A stretch of DNA of 64,000 nucleotides, from NCBI RefSeq assembly GCF_006345805.1, contig NC_043006.1, forward strand, positions 103,230,001-103,294,000, read 5' to 3'. This stretch comes from Octopus sinensis. Taxonomy: Eukaryota. The notes below the pieces were generated by a model. The model searched no databases. It was not told the origin of the DNA and saw only the letters and a program-made list of their open reading frames with translations. Positions 52,478-64,000 of this stretch are shown here, one piece after another (the stretch's first letter is position 1; every line of letters begins with the position of its first letter). Both the position numbers and the translations under genes were made by a program.

Positions 52478-54161
52478 AATTATAGAGCCGTAAACTGCTT
52501 AACAACAATGTATAAAATACTAATATCTGTCCTGACTGAATATACCAATAGTTGTTTTGTTTTTTTAATAGAAAGTGGTATATTCCGTAATGAATAGAAA
52601 GGATGTAAACGAGGATCCGATGGTTGTAAAGATCAGCTACTCATCAATAAGATGATCTTGGAAGATTGTCACAAACGACACAAAAACCTGTCGATAGCCT
52701 GGAATAGACTACAAAAAAAATCTTTGGATAGTCCACCACATAGCTGGATTAAGAAATGTGTGGAAATGTATAAAATAGCACCTACTCTGCGAAACTTCTT
52801 GTCTGTAAGTATGAAATCATGGAGAACCACACTGAATTTGAACAGTGACAATGAATCTCTCAATGCTGGATATGTAAGAATTTTGTGGCATTATCCAGGA
52901 TGAATTTCTATCACCACTCCTCTTTTGTCTCGCCTTAATGCCTCTCTCGAAATTGCCCGATGAAGTACAATACGGCTATAAAACATTTGATGAAAATATA
53001 AATCATCTCTTTTACATGGATGATTTAAAGCTCTTTGAAAAAAATGACCAACAACTAGAGGGCTTATTAGCGATTGTTGAATGATTCAGTGATTATATCA
53101 GGATGCAATTTGGCCGCGATAAATGTGCAAAAGCTACCTTTATCAAAGGAAAAATGACAAAAACATCCAACGTTGATCTTGACCAGTAGAATGTCAAAAA
53201 GGAGTTAGAACTACAAATACCTAAGGGTATTTGAAGGTGACGGAATCAAACATTCAGTGATGAGGGAAAGGATCAAAAGAGAATGTTTTCGCAGAGTAAG
53301 GGCAATATTCAAGACAGAGCTGAATGCAAGAAACAGGATCGAAACGATCCGGTCATGACTTGCAGTTTCAATATCATTAACTAGTCAATTACTGAAATAT
53401 GTAATTTTGACAGTAAAATAAGAAAATTACATAGATTGCACCACCCTAAGAGAGGTTTAGAAGACTTTACTTGCCAAGAAATGAGCGTGGCCGTGGACTT
53501 TTACAACTGTAATTAAAATTGAAGATTGCAACAATTGCGTCTACAGAGTATCTCAACAGGCATAATAGAGCACCACAATATATTCACTGGGTAATTTGCA
53601 AAAACCTGGACCTACCCCATGATAAAAACTGGTGAGAACACAAACCACCTCCAGTGCTTGATTAAATCTCACTCCTCTGGAACTGACAGAAAGACAGATG
53701 CGAATAGGCCAGACATTATATTGAAAGGCTTCTAACAAAAATCATGCCTCCTCATTGATATGACTGTCCCAATCGATATAAATGTATCTGTCAAGACCTA
53801 CCAAAAACTGAGCAAGTATAAAGATCTTGAAATAGAAATTGAGAAAATGTATAACTTCAAGACTAAAACAATACCTGTTGTCATAGGTGTCCTAAGAATG
53901 ATAGCAAATTGGGTTGATTCCTACCTAGCTCAGATACCAGGAAACCTCAAAATGCTCATGGGAACTATCCATATTCTACGTAAAATATTCTCCATGTATT
54001 CTCAAACTTTAAAAGAAACTCATAATTTTCTTATGTTTTCTTAAACATTCTCTAGAACAACATAATGTACAAAACCAACGAGAACTTCTAACTTTTTGTC
54101 TCTTGAGGTCTCTGGGTGAGACTTGGAGTCAACCTGTACAAATACGAAGCAAAAGTCAAAC
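52476..54161 (+). mobile_element. R4/Dong-clade retrotransposon, 5'-truncated, internally deleted, degenerate
   Basis: NYRAVNCLTTMYK...[10 protein letters not shown]...NHLFYMDDLKLF...; deletion between KIATI and STEYLNRH; RLE end and 3' UTR as in 23901-25701; followed by (TAA)n. Confidence 0.93.
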
Positions 54162-54199
54162 TAATAATAATAATAATAGTAATAATAATAATAATAATA

Positions 54200-54244
<45 letters not shown>

Positions 54245-54248
54245 TTGT

Positions 54249-54279
<31 letters not shown>

Positions 54280-54283
54280 AACA

Positions 54284-54339
<56 letters not shown>

Positions 54340-54895
54340 TGCCCTGATGCAATACCAGGCAGTGGTTCCATGTCTATTGATCCTAACTCATTGGAATTGT
54401 TATCATGTACATTATTTTGGTTTGGTATAAGAAATGGGCTACAACGAATATTCTGATCAACACCACAGATTTGCATGTCAGTTGTTTGGCCATAACCAGT
54501 TGAGCATGGCCCTCAGTGGCTGACAATATGTGCATCTCTAATTACGAGCAGAAGTAGTGGGGGAGCATAATAGCCATGTCTCGAGAGGAACTTTGTGGGA
54601 TTTGTATAAATCACCTCTGCAAACATGGATGTTTTATTCAACATCCTTAAAACAAACCTTATTCAGGGAACTTTTGATTGGGATGGGCTACTCGACCTAA
54701 AGAAAATTCTAACAGGGCCCCACCTGCAAGGTCATGTGCTGTTTATCTTGATATGAGATCACCATGTCGCGCATATATGGTTGTGATGCATGTGTGTGGT
54801 GTACCCTTATCAGACGGGTAGTCATGATGTGTATATTGGGCCTCGTTTATTTGTATCGCAGTGTCCCTTTGATGGCATACGCTGCTCTCTCACTC
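54340..54895 (+). mobile_element. TAA-embedded retroposon, diverged copy D
   Basis: Colinear with copy A from tgccctgatgc to ctctctcactc(aat); many substitutions. Confidence 0.8.
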
Positions 54896-55142
54896 AATAA
54901 TAGTAATAATCCTTTCTACTAAAGGCACAGAGCCTGAAACTTTGGTAGAAGGGAATAATCGATTACATCGACCCAAGTATTTCACTGATACTCACTTTAT
55001 CGACCCTGAAAAGATGAATGGCAAAAGGATGAACGGCGGAATCTGAACTCAGAAAGTGAAAACGGATGAAATGCCGCTAAACATTTCGTCCAGCGCGCTG
55101 CCAGCTAATAATAGTGATGATGACGACGACGACGACGACGAC

Positions 55143-55189
<47 letters not shown>

Positions 55190-55264
55190 GGATGATGAGG
55201 ATGATGAGGATGAGGATGATGATGATGAGGATGATGATGCTGATGATGATGATAATAATAATAA

Positions 55265-55490
55265 TTTGATAAGCACAGAAAGTACAAACATTTTCAAATT
55301 GAAATCAAAAACATGTGGCATCAAAAGACGGTTACAATATCAATGATAGTAGGAGCACTTGGAATGATAAAAAAAAAAGGTACTCAAAATTATATGAGGA
55401 TGATTCCTGGCTTTCCATCCACGCAGAAATTGCAAAAGAATATCTAAACTGGTACATCACACGTACTGAGAAGGGCATTATCGCTGTGAA
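55265..55490 (+). mobile_element. R4/Dong RLE C-terminal fragment
   Basis: Frameshifted ...IKNMWHQKTVTI.MIVGALGMIKKK GTQNYMRMIPGFPS...TGTSHVLRRALSL*; begins after a (GAT)n(AAT)n tract. Confidence 0.75.
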
Positions 55491-58400
55491 TTTTCATTCC
55501 TTTTCCCTTTTCTTTTCATTTTTTCGTCTTTCCTTTATATCTCTGCTTTTCTTCACCTTTTTTCTATCATATGACTTAATAAATGAACTAACGGCCAACC
55601 AATGTATACAGGGAGTTTCTCTGCCCTAAACGTCGGGAAGTCACTCGGCAAGAAATGGAAACAAAATTGAAAGATAGGTGTAATGATAATAACAATCTTT
55701 TCTGCTATAGGCACAAAGCCTGAAATTTGGGGGAGGAGGATAGTCGGTTACATCGACCTCAGTGCGTAACAGGTACTTAATTTATCGACCCCGAAAGGAT
55801 GAAAGGTAAAGTCGACCTCGGCGGAAATTGAACTCAGAACGCGCTAACGATTTTGCCAGCTCGCCGCCTTGATAATGATAATAATGATAATATTTTATGC
55901 CATTAATGAGAACTGATTGTGGACTTGTTGGTACTACATCAATACACGACTTGTAAAGCAGCTGGGTTTGCAAGGTGTTTTTGAATGATATCAATACAAA
56001 GTTATGAAGATGTAACTGACTCTTTGCCGACCAATAAATGATTTACCATGTTACATCAAGCAGTAAATCATATATCAACAACCATCACTAAGCTGTTTTT
56101 AAATCTCGTTTTGCGTATTTCAACGTAGAAATAATTATGGTGGATGAAAAAATATATGGTTGTACCATAGATCAGGTCCTAAAATCGAACCTTAAGCTGA
56201 GGGGAGAACAGAAGAACACCCCCCAGGTTCATAATATTTGTACCTGAAATGGTTTCGGACAGCTTACCCTCTCAAATAACATTACCATGCTGTCAGAGAA
56301 GACGCTTATCATTATATTCGACTGTTTAACTTGCGGGGTCCTCTCCAAAGCGTTCCTCATACTGTTTCATCCCTTGCTTTAAAGTAACGGTAATTTTCTT
56401 CCTGGACTGTATCAATGAAATAAAAATTGATTAGTTGTCGCATGACATGCACAAAGATTGAATCAACTTGGGAGATTACAGAAATACACCTATTGTCCTG
56501 GAAGTCTCATTATTATCTTTGTATCTTTACAGATTCACTGTGAATACTTCGTGTCAACGTAGCAAAGAGAATAACTGGAAACTTGTCAGATATGAAGTGA
56601 ATGCCTGAGATTAATGGGTTTCAGTTATTTGGACTGATTTGAGGATAATTATTCTTTTATATTAAATGTATTCTAAACGTTGTACAGTTCTGACAGATGA
56701 AAGGAACTTTTCTAGTGTAACGCGTATGTTGAGTTCTGTTAGTTTCACAACATAGAAATACCTGTTGTGTTTTGTGACCTGGGAAAAAAGCTCTACGATA
56801 TTTATAAGACTACAGTTATATATGGCAGGAAAATATCTAATTGCAAATTCTCGGATACAGTCTGTGAAACTAGATCCGATAGTATCATATTAATATTAGC
56901 AACAGAATATTTTCTCATAAACGGAATCTATAATATTTGGAAATATTATAGCAAGTGAAGGTTCTGAGGAGGCAGAACCGTTCGCACGCAGGGCAAAATA
57001 CTTGGCAGCATTTGGTCAGTATTTATGTTCTGAGTTCCGCCGAAGTCGACTTTACCTTTCAGTTTTTCAGGGTTGATAAAATAACTACCATTCGAGAATT
57101 GGGTTGTTATAACCGACATGCCTACTCCCACTTGTGCCAAAATTTGAAGCAAATATTTCGACAAATGTATGTCTGAATCTGGAGTTTTGGATAAAACGTA
57201 TGATGACATTTGACTACGTACTTTTAGTTTCTTAGCTCAAAATTTCCCAAAATTTACTCAAAATTTACTTTTCGAAAGTAATAAATTAAGCACTAGTGTG
57301 AATGTAATCAATCATGTTTTTCGAATCCGTCTGGTCACAGTACAATGACTGCAACTAGTGAAAGAATAAACAACATTTTATGTAAATGCGTCTGTCATGT
57401 ATTTGTTCGCATATATACATTTACTGATACATGTACGCACAGCATATAAATAGTAGAAAAACAAAATAGCTTTATATCTTTTGTAGGTTCTACATTTATG
57501 TATTAGATTCATTAGATTCAAATTTTGGCACAAAGCCAACACTTTCGGGGGTGGTCGTAAGTCGATTAGGTCGAACCTAGTGCTCAACTGTAACTTATTT
57601 AATCGACCCGGAAAGGAGGAAAAGCAAACTCGACCTCGACGGCATTTCGTCTCAGAACGTAAAGGCAAACGAAATGCCTCTAAGTATTCTGCTTGGCGTA
57701 CTCTGCAGCCTCTTACTTTTATATATGTAGAGTTGTTGATTTACTCCGTCGTTACTCGGAGTTTAACATAACCAAAATTATTTGAGCAATTAGCAATAAA
57801 ATTTAATGAAACGAAGCTGACATTGATATAATCGCAGACCATCAGCAAATTTTATTTACAAGGTTTCTGAGATCACATTCCGCCAAAGTTCCATTTGGTT
57901 TTCCGCCTACGAAGAATGGTAAAATGTTCACTAGCGAGAATGTAATCGACTACGCCACTCGCTAATGTTGGTTCTCAATTCCCGTCGACAAAAACAAAAG
58001 TCCAAAGACTAAAACTAGCGAAAGAACAAAAGAACAATCTATGTCGATATCTCTTTCATACTTCACTTCTTGATAAAGACGACTATCGTGGCATACGACA
58101 GCAATTTCAAGAGAAAATCGAGTGAAAAATTGAAACGAGACATCAACAAGATAACTGCAGCAAATATACAAACAATATAAATGAAAACTAATAGATTCTC
58201 TGAAAGAAATTAAGTAAAACTGCAGACAATAGCTATATATACATAGATCGGTATGTAGGTAGTTCGGTAGGTCGGTTGGCATTTAGCTTGTCTGCCTGGT
58301 TGATTGGTAGAAATTAGGTAGACTGCTAGAAATTAACAGAGAATCAATTCAAGCTAATAAATTACCAGGAAGAACTAACAAGTTGATATAGAAATATCTT

Positions 58401-59699
58401 TTTTGAGGAGAAAATATCTGCAAAATTAATACATATTAGTCAACGAGATAGCATATACATCACTAAATTTATCAGTCACTCTATATAATTATAAAATAGC
58501 TATTATGCACATTGGCACCAAGATAGACAAACATATACACATACATATTCTCTCTCTCTCACACACATATGCACATACACACACACACACACTCACATAC
58601 ACACACGGCATTATTCTGAGCACAATATATTATTAAAAATTCGCACCGTGCTGTTTTCTGTTTTATTAACTTATCTAAAAAGAGACTGTTGTTTCTACAT
58701 TGTTCTCCTACATTTTCACAGATATGAACACAATGCACATACATATGTATGCGCATGTGTGTATACACACACACACACACATATATGTGTATGTATGCAT
58801 TTACACATATATGTACTCGCATACATGCATACATACTCATACATAAACACTTTTATATATGTTTATGTATAGAGTATATGTATTATACATATCTGTAAGC
58901 ATGTATATTCATCCACACATACAAAGATATTTATACATGCATTTATGTACAAATACAAGCAAGCATACATACACGCATCCACACACAAAATCAAACAGAC
59001 TTATATATATAGAGAGGGGGGTAGAGAGAGATTAGTAGAGAGCGGGAGAGTATAGATTTTTCATTTGTTTTTTAATTTTTGATTCCACTGTGACTCGGAG
59101 TTTACGTTAAAAACATTTGTGTGATGAATGAAAGAACTTAGTGAACAGTATCAGGTATTGGTATATGAGCAACTATGCTGCAACGAGGTTTGCTGACTCA
59201 GAACCGTTTTTAGCTCCTACTGGGAGCTCGACGAAATGTTCAACTCACATTTGAATCTGTAGGAATCGTGTTGGTATAACAATAATTTTCTAGAATGGAT
59301 GATTATTCAAACGAGAAGATCACGTGCCATGCTGAATTACTTCATGAATTCTAAGCATTTCTGAAAGTTAGATTCCAATATAGATAATGATCATATATAT
59401 AATTAACACACACTCTCTCACACACACATGCACACACACACACACACACGCACACACACATACTCACACACACACACACACACAAATTTTTATATAAATA
59501 CAGATATGATCTTTATTTAAAATACCGATAATATCAAGTGGCCAGCATGTGAATAAAAACCTTATAGGTGTTAATTATTAGTAAAATTATAATTAAGGGC
59601 ATCTAAGAGATACCACCATGTTGGAGATAGCAATCAAAACGTGACGCTAAAACCACCATAAATATTCATACAACGGAGGGGAAAAAAATAGACAAATAA

Positions 59700-60390
59700 A
59701 CTAGGCAAAAATTTGGGATAATCTCAGATCCGTATTTCTGACTCTGTGTAAAAATATACTCTGCCTCATCAGTGAGATATAAACAGCCTGGCCAGTTCGT
59801 TCTCGTCGGCGCCCAGAGTCTACCCACACTGACCCTCTATAAATTTCTAAAGCAGAACATCCTCCGATACCATTGCCCAACTGGTAGAGGGCTGTGAGCG
59901 CCTCACGATATTCGTGGTGCCAGGCGCCCAACCTTGGTCTCTTCTTCATCCAAGACTGCAGCTCCGTCGAGGAGAGGGGCTGCGGAAAGACGAGTCTCAC
60001 AAACAGAGCCCACATACGCTCACCGTCCAGTAATCGTTGCACGTGGCATAACCTAAGAGCGTGTCTGCGCATTAGGATCCGCGGCATACCTAATCAGCCA
60101 CTCAGAGAATGCTGGCAACATACTGACTGACTGATTGGCCATTGGAACGCGTCCCTTCCACTTGAATTTAAATAAGAGACGCTGCAATCTAGTCCAGCAG
60201 TTACAGGGACAAGGCCTGGCGGTCAGGCGATAAATAATAATGGAGGTGACGTAAGCATTCACCACCTTTCAGGGACAGCCTCCTCTGAGCCCATTTCCGT
60301 GTAAGATGGCCAACCTATTCGCCGCTTCGTCCCAGTTCTTATCAACCTTGAGGTCGGGACCAAACCAGACGCAAGTACTCTAAGTGGTCC
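59700..60390 (-). pseudogene. Tx1/L1-clade ORF2 C-terminal fragment
   Basis: VWFGPDLKVDKNW...NAYVTSIIIYRLT...LFKFKWKGRVP...LMRRHALRL, homologous to part of 19700-21700. Confidence 0.8.
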
Positions 60391-60474
60391 GTCGGAATAA
60401 TAATAATAATCTCCTAATATAATAATGAGCGTAGTGGTTTTATATATTTGTAGAAATATATAATATTTGTATAT

Positions 60475-60508
<34 letters not shown>

Positions 60509-60526
60509 ATATATCTATATATATAT

Positions 60527-60608
<82 letters not shown>

Positions 60609-60631
60609 TGTGAATTGTGAATAATGTTAAA

Positions 60632-60822
60632 TGACTAGGGTGTTAAAAACACCTACATGAAAACATATACACTACAGGGACCAAAATGGTCGGTTGGCCT
60701 TTTTGGGACAATTATGGTCCTTACCAGTGTATATGTTTTCGTTCATGTGCGTTGTTAACCACAGCATTAGATTCTTTTAGGTCTTATTTCTAGCATTGTA
60801 GGTGTTTTTAATACCAAAGTCA
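60632..60822. repeat. ~190-bp nested palindrome (MITE-like hairpin)
   Basis: Outer arms tgactagggtgttaaaaacacctaca / tgtaggtgtttttaataccaaagtca; inner arms gaaaacatatacact..agggacca / tggtcctt..agtgtatatgttttc. Confidence 0.7.
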
Positions 60823-61459
60823 CATTTATATCAATCATGTATATATATAGGTATGGTATGTATCTGTTTGTGTGTGGGTATGTGTATATTCGTTATATGA
60901 AACGGAAATAGTATAAAAATAAAATAGCAATCTGAGAAACAATGTACGAAAAGCACATTCTCTGCTGTATTCTTCTTATGAACGTGCTATGTTTAAAAGC
61001 ACATTGTATATCGGGCGCAGAGGAAAGTCGCCTCACAGGCGACTGGACGGAATGTTAGAATTATTTCAGCTTCGTTGGACGTTGTGAATTATATGTATTC
61101 AGAAACAGCTGCAAATATCTACCTATGCAGATGGCGAAAATTCGCCACATATATTCGAAGAAAGTAAGTAAACAATCACGGGTGTCGCGAATAACCGGCG
61201 GGCTGAATAGAAAAATCAGTCAATTACTAAAATTACCTTACATCTGTTTCAGGTGTAGGGAATTGTGTACCTAGAATTGATTGACAATACTACATCTAGA
61301 CACATTTGTCCCATTGAATGAGATACGTTTCTGTATGTATGCTTGAGGCATACATACACGCACGTACACACACACACACACATGCGCACACCCATACACA
61401 CACACGCACATATATAGAGAGAGAGCTCAGAAATTTACAGTGACATTACATAAACAGGT

Positions 61460-61619
61460 GCAGGAGTGGCTCTGTGGTAAGTAGCTTGCTAACCAACCAC
61501 ATGGTTCCGGGTTAAGTCCCACTGCGTGGCACCTTGGGCAAGTGTCTTCTGCTATAGCCCCGGGCCGACCAAAGCCTTGTGAGTGGATTTGGTAGACGGA
61601 AACTGAAAGAAGTCTGTTG

Positions 61620-61660
<41 letters not shown>

Positions 61661-61876
61661 TTCTGTGTCTGTGTTTGTCCCCCTAGCATTGCTTGACAAC
61701 CGATGCTGGTGTGTTTATGTCTCCGTTACTTAGCGGTTCGGCAAAAGAGACCGATAAAATAAGTACTGGTCTTACAAAAAGAATAAGTCCCGGGGGTGAG
61801 TTGCTCGATTAAAGGCGGTGCTCCAGCATGGCCGCAGTCAAAATGACTGAAACAAGTAAAAGAGAGAAAGAGAGAG
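61460..61876 (+). mobile_element. Full-length tRNA-headed CORE-like SINE with internal (TA)n(TG)n
   Basis: Head gtggctctgtggtaag...ggttccgggttaagtccc; CORE-like gcaccttgggcaagtgtctt; tail ggcggtgctccagcatggccgcagtc...agtaaaaga. Confidence 0.9.
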
Positions 61877-62149
61877 TAAACAAAGGATATGTAAAACTTG
61901 CTAGTGTTTCAGCTTAACCGTAAAAAACTAAGTAACACCGTTTAACTGCGGTATGCTGGTTAAAACGGAGAGGATAAATATCTGCTTACTAAACACGCGT
62001 TTAGAAGTTTAACATAACTTTTATCATATAAATGTTATATGCATTGCCTCTTTGCGCTCACTCACCTTACAAGATATTGCAGCAAAATGTCTTTAAATAT
62101 AGTTTATTATCTTCAAAATGACTAAAAGTAATCACAAATACTAAATGCA

Positions 62150-62765
62150 AAAGCTACAAATATGGCGTTAAAAGCTTCAATGACGGTGGAACGATGTGTA
62201 TTGTCACAGGATTGTTTTCTTAAGGCGTGAGAACACCGTCAGTAATGAGAGAATCTGAGAGGCTCTAAAGTTGCAGGCTGTTTGAACTAAATTCGACGAC
62301 TTTTTATTCCTCCTTTTTTTTCAGTTAGAGATTGTTGTACTGATGAAGAGACAACGGCAGTGGAACGCAAGAAGATTGAATATGTGGTTGAGAAAAAAAG
62401 TCAGCTTACACGGAGAACTGGAAGCCACTTGAGGTGGGGTTTAACCCCATATTTTTGAAAAGAGTCTTCGGCTCAATTTAGACTGATACTAAGGCCTGTG
62501 CTCAATCCCTGGTCTGAGTGAGTTGCTGCTGGAAGTCCATATGTGTTGCAGCAGGACTGGACTCCTTCTATGCCTCCGGAAAAGTCAGAGATGGTTGTCG
62601 GAGATATTCTACGATTTCTCCAGGTTGTTAAAGGACTGCCTGGCCTGGTAACAAGGATGAAGAAGGTCTTCGAAGGTCTTCCCAGGGTCTCAGTGAGAAA
62701 CGTATGCGCCAGATTCCAAAGCCTTTGCAGGCCGTGGTGGAAACTGAAGGCGACTATATTAAATA
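62150..62765 (+). pseudogene. Tc1/mariner (DD37D/maT-like) transposase remnant
   Basis: PHIFEKSLRLN...PW..VAAGSPYVLQQD...KSQRWLSEIFYDF...KVFEGLPRVSVRNVCARF...QAVVETEGDYIK*; the WPPxSPD block is deleted. Confidence 0.72.
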
Positions 62766-63487
62766 ATCAGCCCAACGACTACGGTAGTTCGCTTATATGT
62801 TTGTATGTATGTATTTATGCATATGTGTGTGCGCTTGCACTCATACCAACGAATAGATGCACCGGTGAATAAGTTTGGGTCGGCAGGTCATTCACTGGGC
62901 TGCTTATAAACCGGGTGGTTTTCAAAGTAGGTGCAAGTATGTCACGTCGTCATCACATTTATTTCAAAGCCTCAAAAAGAGGATAAGAACGGATGTGTCA
63001 CCATTAAAGTGGTTGAATTGACGGTAAGGTTTTGGCAGGAAACTGTCAAATACGATTTGTTTCGAAACAAATCACTCGGCTTGATATTATGAGAACAATA
63101 GTTGTATTAGTAAAATTGTTTTATTAGTGTTATTAGTACGTGAATACCACACACGCTGACACTAGCTCAGTCACGTATTCACATTCACCTAATCAATGCT
63201 GGAGTGTAAATGTTTACGTAAATTGACATACACGCCTATAAACTTACCTATAACTATGTATGGTATGTATGTATGTATGTATGTATTTATGTATGTATGC
63301 ATCTATCTATTATGTGTATGTGTGTGTGTGTGTATGTGTGGTGTGTGTGTGTGTGTGTGTGTACGTGTGTATGCTGGTAAGTATATGTTCTGTGTGGCAA
63401 AATGTTTGTTTCAGCTTCAGTCCAACTGCTTAGCACATGGGGAAACGATTTGAAAGTTTCGACCAGGACCTACCTAAGACTTGTGAT

Positions 63488-63488
63488 A

Positions 63489-63528
<40 letters not shown>

Positions 63529-63539
63529 GATCTATCTAT

Positions 63540-63626
<87 letters not shown>
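63488..63626. repeat. (CTAT)n microsatellite
   Basis: Direct inspection; source of the IYLS/SIYL ORFs. Confidence 0.95.
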
Positions 63627-63627
<1 letters not shown>

Positions 63628-63701
63628 ACATATATATATATATATATATGTATACACACAAAAAAACTTCATTCCTGTATGTGTGTCTGTATATATATAT
63701 A

Positions 63702-63743
<42 letters not shown>

Positions 63744-64000
63744 ATATATGGGTCTAGGTGTGTGCTTACTTATACATATTTGTCTGTATGTGTGTGTAGT
63801 GTCAAAGAGAATGGTAATTTTAATGAGTTAGAGTATGTAATATTGTAAACTTTTTTCGGTCTGTACATAAACCCCAAACGTTTCGGCTTCTCTAGTACAA
63901 TGTAAGCCATTTATACTTGTTTGTTAAGTTCCCAACACATCCATATACTGTGAGAATAATCTTGACTATGTTGCTGGAGACGTATATTCTCAGTTATGGG

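Noticed and set aside
51860-52597. 245-aa acidic protein
   Set aside because: Compound (CAA)(TAA)(GAA) microsatellite running into the decayed R4/Dong RT.
56268-56406. 139-bp minus-strand exon with strong splice signals
   Set aside because: All three frames contain stops; only a 44-bp version using an internal donor is open, which is too weak to call.
57960-58190. Possible Penelope N-terminal relic (…RLKLAKEQKNNLCRYLFHT…ETRHQ); similar weak hint near 34400-34490
   Set aside because: Resemblance is only impressionistic, with no diagnostic motif; needs a profile search.
60942-61058. 38-aa ORF MYEKHILCCILLMNVLCLKAHCISG... resembling a signal peptide
   Set aside because: Short, with no supporting downstream exon or homology; expected by chance in AT-rich DNA.

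Overview
Eukaryotic, AT-rich, extremely repeat-dense DNA, inferred to be from a coleoid cephalopod, probably an octopus. That inference rests on a cox1 nuclear-mitochondrial insertion that reads in the invertebrate mitochondrial code and on tRNA-headed SINEs resembling those described from octopus. No intact host protein-coding gene could be identified; there are only weak candidate exons. Nearly all ORFs in the supplied track are translations of (CA)n, (TA)n, (TATG)n, (CTAT)n or trinucleotide microsatellites. The window is a mosaic of: (1) non-LTR retroelements, namely five R4/Dong-type pieces (RT plus restriction-like endonuclease) each touching (TAA)n, three Tx1/L1-clade fragments, an RTE fragment and a Penelope-like element (RT plus GIY-YIG); (2) several modular tRNA-derived SINE families, some with clear target-site duplications; (3) Tc1/mariner transposons, one full length with TIRs and TA duplication, plus MITE/foldback structures; (4) a 17-bp minisatellite and a 1.3-kb TAA array. 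The most notable signal is a set of at least six sequence-unrelated Penelope-type terminal repeats carrying minimal hammerhead-ribozyme folds. One is a complete fold with a covarying U3-A8 core just downstream of the Penelope ORF, one family is fixed for an A6U core, and several sit in long inverted-repeat arrangements around microsatellites. Also notable is a 575-bp non-coding retroposon found only inside (TAA)n tracts. All homology calls are from manual translation and motif recognition; no database search was run.
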